A DNA stretch of 64,000 nucleotides. Origin: Squalus acanthias (Eukaryota). How positions within the stretch are numbered: position 1 is the first letter of the stretch; every line of letters begins with the position of its first letter. Location: positions 37,512,001 through 37,576,000 of the forward strand of contig CM059432.1 of the NCBI GenBank assembly GCA_030390025.1. Direction: 5' to 3'. The notes beneath the pieces were generated by a model. It was not told the origin of the DNA and did not search any database. It worked only from the letters and a program-made list of their open reading frames with translations. Positions 11,709 to 25,445 of this stretch are shown piece by piece. Made by a program: the position numbers and the translations under genes.

Positions 11709-13200
11709 CACACAGCAGTGTCTCTTTCAAAACAAGAAAATTCTCTGCAAGTGCTCCTTCCTGCTCTACCCCACTCGAGGGTCGCCGCCGGCCCACAATC
11801 GCACCCCCCTCACCGTTCTACTTCGGCCCCCTCAGAGCTTACTGGCGAGGCTGGCGGCACAAATTGGAATGTTGGCCATGGGCGATCTGCCTTTGGACGC
11901 AGGACAGACACTGGCAGCTCGCTCAAATGATTCCCGAGCCTCTGGCCTCCTGGTTGGCGTGCATTGCCGAAAATGGGCCATAACCAATTTTTACTCCCAA
12001 GAGTTTAAACAGTTACATGTTTCTGGACAGAGAAAATATTAAAGGCTACTTGTTAGCCCTTCATCCCTTAACTGCTTAATTGCCAGCTCTTTGCAGCCAC
12101 CCCAATGGTGGTAACAACTTGCTAGCAATGAGGAGAGAAAGTTCTCTCTCATATCTAGTACATATAGTTTCCTCAGATGTAAAGACAGAAGATAATTAAC
12201 TCAAAGATACCCTAGTTACAAAGCAATGCACATTCCAGTTGGTCAACCTGTGCTCAGTCAGAGCACTAATCAAATGAATGTGATCTCCGACACAAGCTCC
12301 TATATATTAATAAAATAGAGAGTGATTTTATGAATGTACGCAATCTGTGGGGGGCTTCACCTGGCAGCCCACATATCGGAAAATCATGGGCAGTGTGCTC
12401 ACGGTTTCCTGATACCTATAGCCAGTGGCAAGGCACAGGCAGCATATATTTGTAAAATCAACTCCACAGAGTCCTATGAAACGAAACAAGACATCACCAA
12501 ATTAATTCCTCTTCTCAAAAGATATCAATCAGTTAAAGATGACAACTGACATATAAACCACCTTATCTAAGAGTATACTCCACTGTGGGGAGGGGGTGTG
12601 AGCTTGATTTTCAGATCTTTAATCTCACTCAAGGGTTGTCAATTTTGTACTAGAATGTTCCAGTCCTACCCTTATTGTCCAAATTCAGTAATTTGCTTGT
12701 TTCAACATTATTTATACCTTTCATTAGTATCAAGACCTGTAGTGTGTCTCCCCTCTGTGTGCAAAACAAGGCCCAATTACCCATGGACAAAATGGCCTGA
12801 CTGTACAGACAAAACTGTGAACAGGCCAGTTTTGTATTTGTACACTTTGTGGTTGTTCAATTGTGCGCACAGCATTTTCTTAAATACCTAGCTCCAGCAT
12901 GGCAACCAGGTCGCTATGTAAAACTGCTGTGCTCTTCACTATGGCACGTATCAATAAAAGGTACGCCTTCAAACAGTTTCCTTCTATATAAAATAAGCTC
13001 CCTCATTGTATGAATAGATCTGCATACAGTTCTCAGTGTTACTCAAAGTGAACCAAATAATGAGACACTTATTGTGACTTTGATGGTTGGATAGTGCGGT
13101 TCGGCCTACTGAAGTGGGATATTGTTTCTGGAGCCATCACGTACCCTTTGTGTTTGCTGTATTACGATTTACCACAGTAATCAGGGAAGGAGACACCCAC

Positions 13201-13404
13201 CGTACGAGATTTTCCTTGTAACTGACGTTTATTTTGGATGGCGTGAGGGTGAGATTCCCTTCCTCATCCACGAAGCTCTCTTCACTTAGATCATAATAGC
13301 CGTTCGTCAGCAGGCGAGGACTCCGACGGCACATACAGGGGGAGCCGCCCAGTGGATTTAGGTGCCAAGGTGAACAGGAGTTTTCACTGGTCATCAACGA
13401 AAAG
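13201..13404 (-). CDS. TMEM71: TMEM71 coding exon 3 (conserved signature)
   Basis: ttcaag| 204 nt |gtgggt; encodes NPLGGSPCMCRRSPRLLTNGYYDLSEESFVDEEGNLTLTPSKINVSYKENLV(R), which I recognise as the vertebrate TMEM71 motif CRRSPRLLTNGYY...YKENLVRIFR. Confidence 0.95.
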
Positions 13405-13667
13405 CTTGAACCAACAAAATACAGGCAATAAGAGAAACAATCAAAATACTATTAACTGAAGTTAACACACAGGGAACATATCCATCACATGGAAATATGG
13501 GGGGGGGGTCTCACGCTCAGAGCAGGACAGTGTGGTTCGTTATGGATTGCTCTAACAAAAATCCCACGCAGACAAAATGGACTGAATGTTCTCTTTCTGT
13601 GGAGTAAACTTCTTCAGTAGTAATTTCCAGGGGATTCTCCCGATCTTATGCCATAACTTCAGCGGAA

Positions 13668-14113
13668 GTTGTCCTATGAGGAGAGATTGAGTAGATTGGG
13701 CCTATACTCTCTGGAGTTTAAAAGAATGAGAGGTGATCTCATTGAAACATACAAGATTCTGAGGGGGATTGACAGGATACATGCTGAGAGGTTGTTTCCC
13801 CTGGCTGGAGAGTCTAGAGCTAGGGGGCATAGTCTCAGGATAAGGGGTCAGCCATTTAAGACTGAGATGAGGAGGAATTTCTTCACTCAGAGGGTTGTGA
13901 ATCTTTGGAATTCTCTGCCCCAGAGGGCTGTGGATGCTTAATCGCTGAGTATATTCAAAGCTGAGATAGATAGATTTTTGGACTCGAGGGGAATCAAGGG
14001 ATATGGAGATGGGGTGGGAAAGTGGACTGAAGTTCAACCATGATCTTATTGAATGGCGGAGCAGGCTCGAGAGGCTGTATGGCCTACTCCTACTCCTAAT
14101 TCTTCTGTTCTTA
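13668..14113 (+). mobile_element. CR1 LINE 3' fragment
   Basis: ORF SYEERLSRLGLYSLE...RRNFFTQRVVNLWNSLP followed by a CR1 3' UTR. Confidence 0.9.
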
Positions 14114-15381
14114 TGGAAGATCGAAGAACCTCAAGGAAATTCTACTCGCTAGTCTCCTATTCCAACACATTTTTTACAAGGTCTCAAAACTGGAACTCTT
14201 TACTCAATCTTTTGTTTTTTCTACAATCTTCTAGGCTTTTAAAACCGGATCTTAGGATCACCTAATCACTACTTCCCAATTTTGCTTCCCTTCTCCGACT
14301 GCTTTCCAACCACGGTCTTGTTCTGCACAATAATCTTGGCTCTCAAATTATGAAAAAACATTCATCTATCCTCTCATCTCACATTTCAAACCTTACCTAA
14401 TATCCCTCAAAACAGTTTTCCCCGCCTTCCCATTCGAGCACAAAATTATTGTGCCATGAAGTGTTTGATCATCTCAATTTATATCAATTTGAATAAGCAT
14501 ATCTGATAAAGCAGTAAATCTCCAGTGAGATGGCAACATAATGTGACACTTTGTCTAAGTCCCTCTTTACTGTCTAACCAGATACAGCAATCCCATCTCC
14601 CCTTTCATTAAAGGGAAAACATTCTTTTCTCAGTACATTACTATCCCATTGGCATGAGACACAATTGTGATAGAATAACAGAAGGATTTTTTTTCTCCCT
14701 AAAACAAAGAAAAGGTTAACCAAACACCTATTCTATGACCCATCAAATGTCATACAAATACTGAACGGCTGAAGTTAATTTGTGCATGGAATTTTACCCC
14801 AGGGAAGAAACATATTTAACAACGTGTAGTCCCTCAGGGTGATAAATGTTAAATGGAAGTGTTGCTGGTGGTTAATTAATGAGAACAGCTTCAGCTCAAG
14901 AGCTTAACACCCTAGACCATAGGAACAGGAGTAGGCCATTCAGCAACCTCGAGCCTATTCCGCCATTCAATCACGTCATGGCTGAGAGAGAAAAAGAAGA
15001 AACCTGAAAATGCAGTAAATATAAAATATAAACTGAAAATGCTGGAAATACGCACCTGAAAAGAGAAAAAATAAATTAATGTTTCGGGTGTAGACCATTC
15101 ACCCAGAACATTAACCCGTCTTTTCTGACAGACCTGCTGCATATTTCCAGCATTTTCTGTTGTTATTTCAGTGTATGAATACTACAGCTGTTTACTATGC
15201 AAAATAAATCTCACTGAAGTTTCAATTTGCCTAACTAAGCAAACCCCACAAATATGAGTGGCAACTAATAGCACTTACTTAATACATATTTTTTAAACAA
15301 GATCTCTTCTGAATTAACCACATCATAGCCAATGTTATAAAGCAAGGAAACTATAACACGCATCGTAGTGCATCAAATTAC

Positions 15382-15442
15382 CTCTGGAGAGTCCCTTCAG
15401 AAGACACCTCTTTCTGAACTTCATCTGGAAACATCTGTGCAC
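15382..15442 (-). CDS. TMEM71: TMEM71 coding exon 2
   Basis: tgtggcag| 61 nt |gtaatt; encodes (G)AQMFPDEVQKEVSSEGTLQ(S) and supplies the phase 1-to-2 bridge needed between the ATG exon and exon 3. Confidence 0.82.
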
Positions 15443-15974
15443 CTGCCACAAACAACAAAGAGTTCAAGTTAGTTATAAGAAATGGTCAGAAAGTTAAACT
15501 TAAAACACTACCAACAACTTGAAAGAACACTAACTGCTGGCATTTATACAAGCACTGTCCATGTACACGAAAACATCTCAAAGTACTTAACATTAGAAGG
15601 ACAACACAGTGGGTGATGACCGGGAGAAGAAGAGTGAAAAACAGAGGGTAAACCTAGTGTAAAGAAGTACTTTAAAACTTAAAGACCACAGAATTGGGTT
15701 ATATGAGTTAGTGCTGCCTGCTTTACAATAGAAATCTGTCTCTTAAAAAAGTTCAAAAGTAACCAGTTTTAGGAGATCTACAATTGGAATGTTAAAGCCA
15801 ATTCTGATAGTGACAATATCGGCTGATCCAAGGAACAAACCCCTCCCCACAAACAACATGGCCACAGTGCATTGCTATCGTTTCCCTAGCAACTAATGCC
15901 AGGTCATTCTCCCGGAGTCAAGGTTCTTGTTTTGCCTCAAACACAACCAAAGCCAGCCCATCAAATGCAACAAG

Positions 15975-16405
15975 CTTAGGGAGGGAATTACAGAGCTTAG
16001 GGATCAGATGGCTGAAGGCACAGCCGCCAATGGTGGGCTGAAGGAAATCGGGGATGCACCAGAGGCCAGAATTGGAGGAACGCAGAGTTCTCGTAGGGTG
16101 GCAGGGCAGGAGGAGGTTCCAGAGATAAGGAGGGGGGAGGCCATGGAGGGATTTGAACACAAGGATGAGAATTTTAAATTTGAGGCGCGTAGGCCAGCGG
16201 GCACAGGGGTGATGGGACAACAGGACTTGGTACAAGCTAGGAAACAGGTAGCAGAGTTTCAGATAAGTTCAATTTATGGAGGGTGGAAGCTGGGAGGCCG
16301 GCCAGTAGAGCACTGGACTAGTCGAGTCTGGAGGTAACAAAGGCACGGATGAAGATTTCAGCAGCAAATGGTCTGAGGCAGGGATGGAGACGGGCGATGT
16401 TACGG
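15975..16405 (-). mobile_element. L2 LINE ORF2 3' fragment
   Basis: RLKFKILILVFKSLHGLPPPYL...RTLRSS...TIGG.AFS motif, typical of the L2 C-terminus. Confidence 0.8.
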
Positions 16406-16529
16406 AGTAATTTAGATGCTCTTGTTATAACAGACAAAGAAGATATAGAGAGAGTCCATGATATTTCCATAAATAGAATGCTGAACAAAATACAGCTATA
16501 TAGTTTTGTGCAATTGATGTTTTACTTAC

Positions 16530-16569
16530 CATGTAATGAGGTCGACAAATAAGGTGATGCGGGATACAT
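16530..16569 (-). CDS. TMEM71: TMEM71 first coding segment (exon 16530-16626 includes 57 nt of 5' UTR)
   Basis: Poly-T acceptor ttttaacag, in-frame upstream TGA, ATG at 16569, MYPASPYLSTSLH(G), donor gtaagt. The spliced CDS totals 945 nt (314 aa). Confidence 0.85.
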
Positions 16570-17126
16570 TTCTGATGTTTGTCCAGTCTTCAACAGTCAG
16601 GTACTGAATGAAGAGCGGATGAAGATCTGTTAAAAAAAAAAAAATTCAGGTTTACTCTTAACAATTCACATGGAGTATTATCCCTTAACGAAACCCTTGG
16701 TCACAGTATCAAGTCTAGCCAAGAGCTATACTCAAATCCACAAATGGCAACAGGAACATCTGTCTACAAATTGCTGGCTTCTCCAGGATTTATCAGCTAC
16801 CATACCATGAGAATAGCTGGCAAGATTCTGGATAGAACAATTTGTTGCAGCACACCTCAGATTCCAGGATGGTGCTAATTTGCAAACGCCACTTCAGAGA
16901 ATTAAAAAAACAAGAAACAATGAAAAAGATACAGCAAGGAAGAAGCCAGAGAACACAAAATTGCAAGCTGTAAATAATTACCTCACAACCTTGGATCAAA
17001 AATATTTCCTATATCCACCCAAGTGAGGATGCATTCAGAAGCATGTCGAAAGGGTTTAGCAGATTCTATCCCTCTTTTTGGTATCTTTATATCAGAAGCA
17101 GCTGGGAGAGGGGAGGGGGACAATGT

Positions 17127-18560
17127 GGGGATGAGCCCGTCATCCATCTCCTTCTGGAATGTGCCTTTGCAAAGAAGGTCTGGAAAGAGATGCAGTGGTC
17201 TTTGTCGCGGTTCATCCCGAGCAGCTCCGTAACACAGGACTCTGTGCTCTACGGACTGTTCCCAGGGACGCACACCAAGACAAACATCAACTGCTGCTGG
17301 AAGATCTTCAACTCGGTGAAAAACACCCTTTGGTCTGCCCGAAACATGCTGGTCTTCCAGAGTAAGGAGTTGTCTACGACCGAGTGTTGCAGACTGGCGC
17401 ATTCCAAGGTCCAGGAGTACGTGCTGAGGGCAGCAAAGGCACGATGGGGAAGGGCCACAGTTTAAGGCCCTCCCACCACTGTACAGTGAGGGGCTGAAAC
17501 CAGTATAAAAAAAAAACCCTCGGGCCGTATGACGCAGAAATGCTTAAATGAAAATGTACTTGAAATCGGTTTGTGTAAATAGAGTACTGCATTCATCTGT
17601 ATTATGCTATAGGTAATAGGATTTGCGAATTGTATTGTAATGGCCCAGAAATTCGAGTCTCCGGCTTGCCGCGGGGGTAAGGATCGCGCGCGCTCTTACC
17701 TACCGCGCCTGCCGTTGTGTTTTGGGCCCACGCGAACTTCGGGTCCTGGGCCTCTCCCAACTGCCGGCGCGCAGTGCTTGCGTGTTCCAGGGGCGCAGTT
17801 AGTGCGATGCGACCCTTGGGATCACGTGGGTCATGGAGAGCCAATGGCAGCAGACCATCTTTCATTCATAGATTTGACAGGAGACCTGTCAAATCTGTGA
17901 ATTGAAATCGGCCCCAAAAGAACAGCTAAACTTAAAATAATTTTTTTAAAAACCCATCACATTCATAAAATAACGATAGTTAAATAAATTAACCACTTTA
18001 AACAAAAATTAAAATTTTTGAAAAAATTAAAATACTTTTTAAAAGTGATAAAAATAAACTTACCTTTCTTTAAAGTATCTAAAAAAGATAAACCTGTTGA
18101 AATTTTTTTTTAATTATACTTAATTAACCACTTACCTTGTTCAAAAGGGGTCTTACGCCTCCTTTTTATTAGCGTAGAATCTTCAATACTTACCCTCGCG
18201 TAGAAACCTGAAAAAAAATCTAAGTGTGCTGCGTGCGCGCAGCCTCTAGCGCGCACGCGGTTCACCTAGGAACCGCCCCCTTCGCCATACCGGAAGTTCC
18301 GGTTTCCCGCGCATGCAGGAAACCGGCACTTCAGGAAGCAATGCGGGTGAGTACGGACTGTGTACTCACCCGGGAAGGGCTGAATTTTTGGGCCATTGTA
18401 TTTTAACAAGTATTGAAATGTGTAATGAAAATGTATTGCAATTTGTCTCTGTAAATTGAGTGTCATGTTGTATTGTACCACATGAAATGTGATGTGGACT
18501 GTATTGTAATGTATTTGAACAAATTTTTATGAATAAAGTATATTTTTGAAACAAAAAAAT
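17127..18560 (+). mobile_element. 5'-truncated Tx1/L1-clade LINE with poly(A), interrupted by a MITE
   Basis: ORF2 C-terminus HLLLECAFAKKVW...LWSARN; AATAAA and A-tail near 18532-18559; identical 17-bp TSD GGGGAGGGGGACAATGT at 17110-17126 and 18561-18577. Confidence 0.9.
17642..18394 (-). mobile_element. About 750-bp TIR non-autonomous DNA transposon, copy 1 (PIF/Harbinger-ISL2EU group inferred)
   Basis: TIR GGCCCAGAAATTC / GAATTTTTGGGCC; collinear with 48312-49077 and, inverted, with 61252-61972. Confidence 0.9.
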
Positions 18561-19827
18561 GGGGAGGGGGACAATGTAGATTCACATCAGATTCTCTGGC
18601 AGTCTGGCAGGACTTGTTTTGATCGTGGGTAGGATAAGAGAGAAAAGGGAAATGGTGCATGAAATCCTTAGTAACTTTGTGTACAATTCGATAATAATCT
18701 ACTTCCTCCCGTCTGGAGAGGTAGACTTTGAATTCACAGCTTAAGATTCTGATTTTGGGGTGAAGGTGGTAACATACTGCAGACACGTTTACCCATCTGA
18801 GTGGCACCCTCCTCATCTTTTGACAATCGGTACCTCTTGACCAATCTGCAGATCTTTGGCATCAATTTGCTGAAACCCAATATGTGGCTCAAAAGGTTTA
18901 TTTTTCCAACCTTACTTCCACCTCTAAGATGGACGTTGATAGCAGGCAGCCAGAACAGACAAGGTAAGTAAATTGTTTTAAGCTTCAAACAATAAAGGGC
19001 AGCATAGATTATTAGCTATAAAATCAATAAAAGAGAGAGAACAGGGGAAAAAAAGTAGACGATGTCAAGCACAGGTTTTTAAATTTATTTCTAATTACGC
19101 AAAATTGTGATTTGCTTTTATCGGGTTATTGCAGCAATAAATTTCTCTCTCTTTACAGCCTCATGTTAGCTGACATTGTACAAAACCAGTAGGCTCAGGG
19201 AGACAGGAATTTCCCTGGACCCACAAGCAGTTTAAGGGTTAAGGTTATAGCTGCTAATTCAGGAATTAAAAAAAGTTAACATTTACAAAACAAATGTATT
19301 TACTCATGCAGATAGAAATCCTAATGACTGATTTCTGAATCATCGGATTTAGTACAAAGTGCTAAAGTCCTTGGGCGTTTAACTTTGAGCGATGTGTAAA
19401 ACGGTGATATCAAATTATCCGTGTATTATAAACATTTAATTTTCCATTCCACTGAAGTCAAAAGAAGGGAAAATCGGGCAAGGTGAAGAATGGACCGCTA
19501 ATTCGATACTGCCTATTTTATGCCATTGCCCAAAATTAAAATCACCCCAAACGGGGTCGACTATGAATGGCCTCACCGGGCGTAAGCCTGTTTGATGCCC
19601 TGCAGCTCGGCCAGCAAATGGAAAATTGGCCGGAGTCTCAAAATCACAGCCGCCACTTCAGCGGCGGAATGAGCGGCCGACCAGCGGACTCCGCCTGTCG
19701 GTTGTCCAAAGGTCAAAATCTACCCCCTTCACTACAGCACTCAGTCACTTCTGAGACAACCCACCATGACTTTAGTGGGTGGATGAAGACATGTAATACA
19801 CATGTTCTGAAAGCCCTCATCCTATAG

Positions 19828-20245
19828 CTGGGGCTTTTTTCTCTAGAAAATAGAAGACTGAGGGGTGACCTGATAGAAGTCTTTAAAATTATGAAAGGGT
19901 TTGATAGGGTAGACGTAGAGAAGATGTTTCCTCTTGCGGGCGAGACCAGAACTTGGGGCCATAAATATAAGATAGTTACTAATAAATCCAATAGGGAATT
20001 CAGGAGAAACTTCTTTACCCAGAGAGTGGTGAGAATGTTGTACTCACTACCACAGAGAGTAGTTGAGGGGATAGCATTGATGCCTTAAAGGGGAAGCTAG
20101 AAAAACACATGAGAAAGGAATAGAAGGATTTGCTGATAGGGTGGGATGATGAGGGGTGGGATGATGAGGGGTGGGAGGAAACTCATGTGGACCAGCTGGG
20201 CCTATTGGCCTGTTTCTGTGCTGTAAATTCTATGTAATCCTATGT
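19828..20245 (+). mobile_element. CR1 LINE 3' fragment
   Basis: LRGDLIEVFKIMKGFDRV...RRNFFTQRVV and a TTCTATGT-type tail. Confidence 0.88.
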
Positions 20246-20267
20246 ATAAATCTCCAGACAAACACTT

Positions 20268-20933
20268 TGGGGTAAAAATTGGGTAGCGTCAATTTGGGGC
20301 GCTATCTTCACCCGGGCACTAATTTTAGCGCCCCGAAAAAGTTAGCGCCCCCGCGGCCAATTTTCCCAGATAACGCCCCGAGAGGGAGGAGGGGCACTAC
20401 TGGAAGTGCCCCGCATCCCTCTTGGGGCACTGCGAGCCAATATCATGGCACGTTGCACCGCGGTACTACAGGCCTTCCTCCCCTTATTAAAGGGGAGGGC
20501 CCTAGCACAGCGCATCCTGGCACCCAGCTGGGCCTCCAGGGATCAGGAGTGACGGCAAAAGAGCCCGGCACTCAAGAGGAGTGAGGGGCTCACGGAGAGC
20601 AGCCGGCACCCCGCCGGGGGGGGGGGGGGGAGGGCAAGTGCTGGCAGGCGGCCAGCAACAAAAATGGCCGCCCGCCACCTCCCCTTTAACTAGCGCCGCC
20701 CCGGTTGCAGGTAGGCCCCCCTGACCCTGTTGGACATAGCGTCTGGCGGTAAGTCGGGGGGGCGCCACCCAATATTACAGCCAGGGTGCTGCGCACGGCG
20801 CTGACGTCAGCGCCGCCACTCACCTCCCACTGAATTTCGCGGGAGGCGTTAGCGCCACTGTGCCTAGGCACTAGTTGATTTGCGCCCTGTTAGGGCGCTA
20901 ACGGGAGGCGCAAATCAACCGAATTTAGCCCCC
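20268..20933. mobile_element. GC-rich Harbinger-type MITE
   Basis: Imperfect TIR GGGGTAAAAATT / AATTTAGCCCC, TTT on both flanks, and many subterminal (T)AGCGCCC repeats. Confidence 0.7.
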
Positions 20934-21944
20934 TTTGTAGGGTGTTGGACAATCTTTATAACCTTCCAGGTGATTAGCATGCCGCTTCAAAAACAGAGCA
21001 ACTGGAGTCTGATATTTAATCTTGGTCAATAGCACGGGATGCTTTTCAACACTGGATAACGTCTCTAAATTCCCCAATACTTAACATGTTTTTATTTATA
21101 GAACAGCTGCACATTCCCATGAACGGCACATACAGACAAATCCCCCTGGACTATCTCCTTTCAGACAACATCCGACACAATCCAAAGCTGCGCAGACAGA
21201 ATGAGGTCATTTCAAGTTAACATTCCTTCTTGGCCAGTCCTTGCTCCAGTAACAATTTATGTTGCACACGCAGTTTCCTTTATTTTATTAAAGCAGCTTA
21301 TTCTAGTTATTCATTTTAAACCTTCCTAATTTTAAAGAAGCAAATGTTATAATCAGTTCGGTTTAGATCCTTCGAGGTGCTGTCAACTCCTAATATTCAA
21401 TTCAGAATCATTGTTTTTTTTTTACAAAACTTCATGAGCCAGTGTACTTCTACATTTGAATTTTGCTATGGTGGAACCTATTCTAACACAAACTACAAAA
21501 GAACCATACTTCTAGATAGAACTTGCTTTTCCCTCTGCCTCCTCTGTAAATCCACTGGTTCAAAGATTCTTCTTTAGAAAGATTTATTAACCACCCATTT
21601 AATTAAACCGTTCTTACAGATTAGCAAATTCAAAATAGATTTTGCTGCCTTCATCTGACTGCTGTTTGTGGGACAGTACTGGCACAAGAACAGCTGCTGT
21701 ATTTGCCTACATAAGTCACTGCACGTCATTGTATGAAAAGTTTTGAAGTATTTCAAAATGAAAAGGCAAGAAGAATTATATTAAAGTCAATTATTGATTG
21801 GTGAACGGCCAAGTGATGACTGGGAAATGCATCAGTTCATAATCACGAAGATTGCTGTAAATACCGAGGCTGCTCACATTGCCAGAATTGTTCTCAACAA
21901 GTTTTGAATGCGGGTGTTCACATCAGGATTTTATTGCATTAATT

Positions 21945-22276
21945 ACATAGAACTTACAGTATAGAAACAGACCATTCGGCCCAACTGGTCCATGCCGGCG
22001 TTTATGCGCCACACAAGCCTCCTCCCACCCCTCCTCATCTAACCCTATCAGCATAACCTTCTATTCCTTCTGCCTCATGTGTTTATCCAGCTTACCCTTA
22101 AATACATCTATGCTATTCGCCGCAACTACTCCATGTGGTACTGAGTTCCACTTTCTAACCATTCTCTCGGTAAAGAAGGTCCTCCTGAATTCTCTATTGG
22201 ATTAATTAGTGACTATCTTATATTTATGGCCCCTAGTTTTAGTCTCTCCATAAGTGGAAACATCGTCTCTACGTCT
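21945..22276 (-). mobile_element. CR1 LINE 3' fragment
   Basis: Reverse complement of the family at 19828-20245. Confidence 0.82.
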
Positions 22277-22822
22277 AATTGGTTTTTAGAAATGCCCTGG
22301 TCGCTGATCCTCGAGGAGTTAAAGTGACGTCACTCAGCTGCAGTTCATCTCCAGCACTGGATTTAAATTTCAGACATTTCCTTCTGCCAATGCCAGCCGC
22401 TTTTATCCCAGATTAGTCTACAATTATTACTGAATGCACACGGACAAAACCAAAGACCAGCAAGGATCTCATCACTATAATAGCCTCGTTTTCAGAAGGA
22501 AACGTGGTAGAGGAATCTCCATAGTAACTCCTTTGATTACAATGACTGAAACTTAAATACCCAATCTCAACCTTCAAAGCCTGCATTGAAATATTATTTA
22601 GCATAATATAAACCATCACAGTTCCCCAAGATGTAAACACATCGGAACATGTTAAATGTTATTTAAATCCGACATTCTGAGGAATGGTTTGGCAGCTGAT
22701 GTCCAAACGTTTTACCTTCTTTCTAAATTAACTGAAGGGTCTTTCAGATGGTTTTCACAATCAGCACCAATGAAATTAGGCTGCATTGAGAATGTATAGC
22801 AAAATCAGTAATATATAGATTA

Positions 22823-23000
22823 AAGAAAAAGACTTGCATTTATATAGCGCCTTTCACGACGTCAGGACGTCTCAAAGCACTTTACAGCCAATGAAGTACT
22901 TTTGAAGTGTAGTCGCTGTTGTAATGTGGGAAACGCGGCAGCCAATTTGCGCACAGCAAGCTCCCACAAACAGCAATGTGATAATGACCAGATAATCTGA
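22823..23000 (-). mobile_element. 3' fragment of Deu-SINE
   Basis: Matches the 3' third of 11250-11708. Confidence 0.8.
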
Positions 23001-24840
23001 TTATAGAATTATAGTTAGGGTGTGTGATTCGGTGCAGCACATCCTGTGACAAATGTCATGAATTTCTACTCTTAACATGAGTAGCACAATTTGCTAACCA
23101 AGCACTACAATCTTACAGAAAAAGTCCCAGAGCCAATGGAAATGGTGTTTTCCAAGAGGATCCAAATGATCTTGCTTGCGGCAATAAACCACTTGTCCGA
23201 GCTACCCTATGTAGAAGGCACAATATTCCCTTGTAAAATGCAGTGAACCAAGTCTCGATACCAATTCGGTTTAAAATTGTATTAAAAGTTTTAGCACAAG
23301 CGGAGACCATTCGGCCCATCAATCCCCCTCTCAGGGTAGCCCAACATCTTGCGTGATCCCCGTGACAACCACTGCCAGCAAAAACAAAAAACTTCAATGA
23401 AAATGGCAGCAAACGCTTCCTATCAACTTGACTTCTATATATTGCATAGACACGTGGAGACTGTTACAAGAATGAACACAGCTCAAGACTGAGACATTAA
23501 TAAACTGTTAGAGTTTAGCTTTTGCACTGCAAGACATCGACTTCTTGCTGACGTATTGCCTTAGCACAGTCTCCAACCTATTCATTATATTTTATGCAAT
23601 GTCCCCTGAATAATAAAACTTGAATCTCATCAGAGTCTAGAAATTACTGTCAGTAATGTTATTGCATGAATGAGGTCATATCAGATTCCTTTCACCGCTA
23701 TTTTAATGAAAGAGTTTATCTTAACACTTAAATTAATGGAGAGAGGAATTTGTTACGAGTGCATTAGGAATTTGTATGATAACAGTAATGTCTACTCTTA
23801 TGCATTTCAATGTAAAAGTTCTACTGTACCACAACAATCAGTAGCCTGAGATAAAGGCCAAGATTTTCTAAACCAGCAAGAACCCCCTTATTTTACAATT
23901 GTCACTTTGTTGGCTGTCAGGGTTGCCACGGGTATTAAAACGGACTGGAAAATTCAAGACTAATTACTCGTTAAGACTCTAAGGTTACTGATGATCAATT
24001 AGTGGTGCAATAATAATTCAGGCATCATTTTACATAAAATGACATAAAATTTACAGTACAGAAACAGGCCATTCAGCTGAACGGGTAGGTGCCAGTGTTT
24101 ATGCTCCACACGAGCCTCCTCCCACCCTACTTCATCTAACCCTATCTGGTTATTTTGACACTGACATTTTCTAGACTGTGAGTGAACAGTATGGAGTTAC
24201 GAGCTGCTCGTGCTACTCTCTTTAAGCAGAGCATGTAGGCTTAAAAGTGCACTGTTATTTGGCCTCCAACTGTGGGTGAAATATTAAAAATTAGGAAGGA
24301 AGCGATAGGTTAGGCAACTCTGTATTAACGTTAAAAACTTGAAAGTAAAATTGACTACTAAAGAAAATTCAAATTGTTTTCTGGAAAACTGAAGTCACTC
24401 TGTGTATCTTTCGAAAACTGCTTCAAACCGGCACAGGATATGCAGTATATCTGTCCTGTGGGTAACTGGGCACATTTTGTTCTGACGTATATCCTGATAA
24501 AGAATTTTTAAAAATTCTACCAGCAATTTAACACAGGAATATAAAACTTGCAATGAATCAATTACGTCACTTCTGTACAAGGTGTTTTTTTTAAAAAAAG
24601 ACATTGCACTTCAGCCTTTTAAAGTAGCTTCAGATTGTTTATTTTCAAATGTAAACCCACACTATTAATATAAGATGAGCTCTGTGGTTATCACCGGAAA
24701 TAGCCCTCATTTCTGCTTTGTTCAGCAAGTCTGCAATTGAAAGGGGAAGAACTAAGAAAAAGACTTAAAAAAGCATTTAGCTGATGAATATAAAATAAGC
24801 CCTACAGCATTACACAGCACTTCTACTGTTGTGATCTATA

Positions 24841-25445
24841 GTGGGGAATTTTAACACGGGTGGGATTGGGTGCGGGTGGGGGGTTAAATGGGCAAAAATT
24901 CCAAACGTGTCAGGAAGCCGGCTCCAACCCGCCAACGTCCGAGTTTAACTGAAGCAGGACAAGAGGCAAGCAGCCAAGCCGCTCCCAGGAGGCGGGTTGG
25001 CATTTTAAAATATGTGAATAGGGCTGGAAGCTTCGGAGTTAACCTGCGTTGCCGGTTATACAGTGGCCGGCCGGGTTTTCCGGGTCTCAGGAAACCCGGC
25101 AGCTACAGCGAGGCGAGGACAGCCCCGGTGAGCACTACTTGTGCGCCAGGAGGAGCAGGTGGGCTTCCTCCTGCACCCCCAAGCTCCCCCACCATCATAC
25201 CTAAACCCAACACAAACCGCGCCCCCACCGGGGTCAGAGATCAAACCTACCTGGTCCTGCGGCCTCCCCCAGAGTGCTCCCTGCCCGACTGGAAGCCAAG
25301 CCTGTCAATCAGGCTGATTTCCGGGCGGGGAATCGGCCAGGGCCAAGAGTCACACGCTAATGTGCGGTGAAACGATGAATTCCGGATTTTCCGTCCGAAA
25401 CTCCACACCCACCTACACAGCCCCGCCTCAGTAAATATCCAGCCC
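24841..25445. mobile_element. GC-rich Harbinger-type MITE
   Basis: Ends GTGGGGAATTTT / AATATCCAGCCC with subterminal GGCGGG/CCCGCC repeats; related to 31229-31975. Confidence 0.6.

Noticed and set aside
18964..19158. Plus-strand GTAAGT...CTCTTTACAG intron suggesting an antisense transcript
   Set aside because: No flanking coding signal or other support; such pairs occur by chance.
24888..25370. 160-aa ATG-initiated ORF
   Set aside because: Entirely inside a GC-rich MITE; no transposase or Myb motifs.
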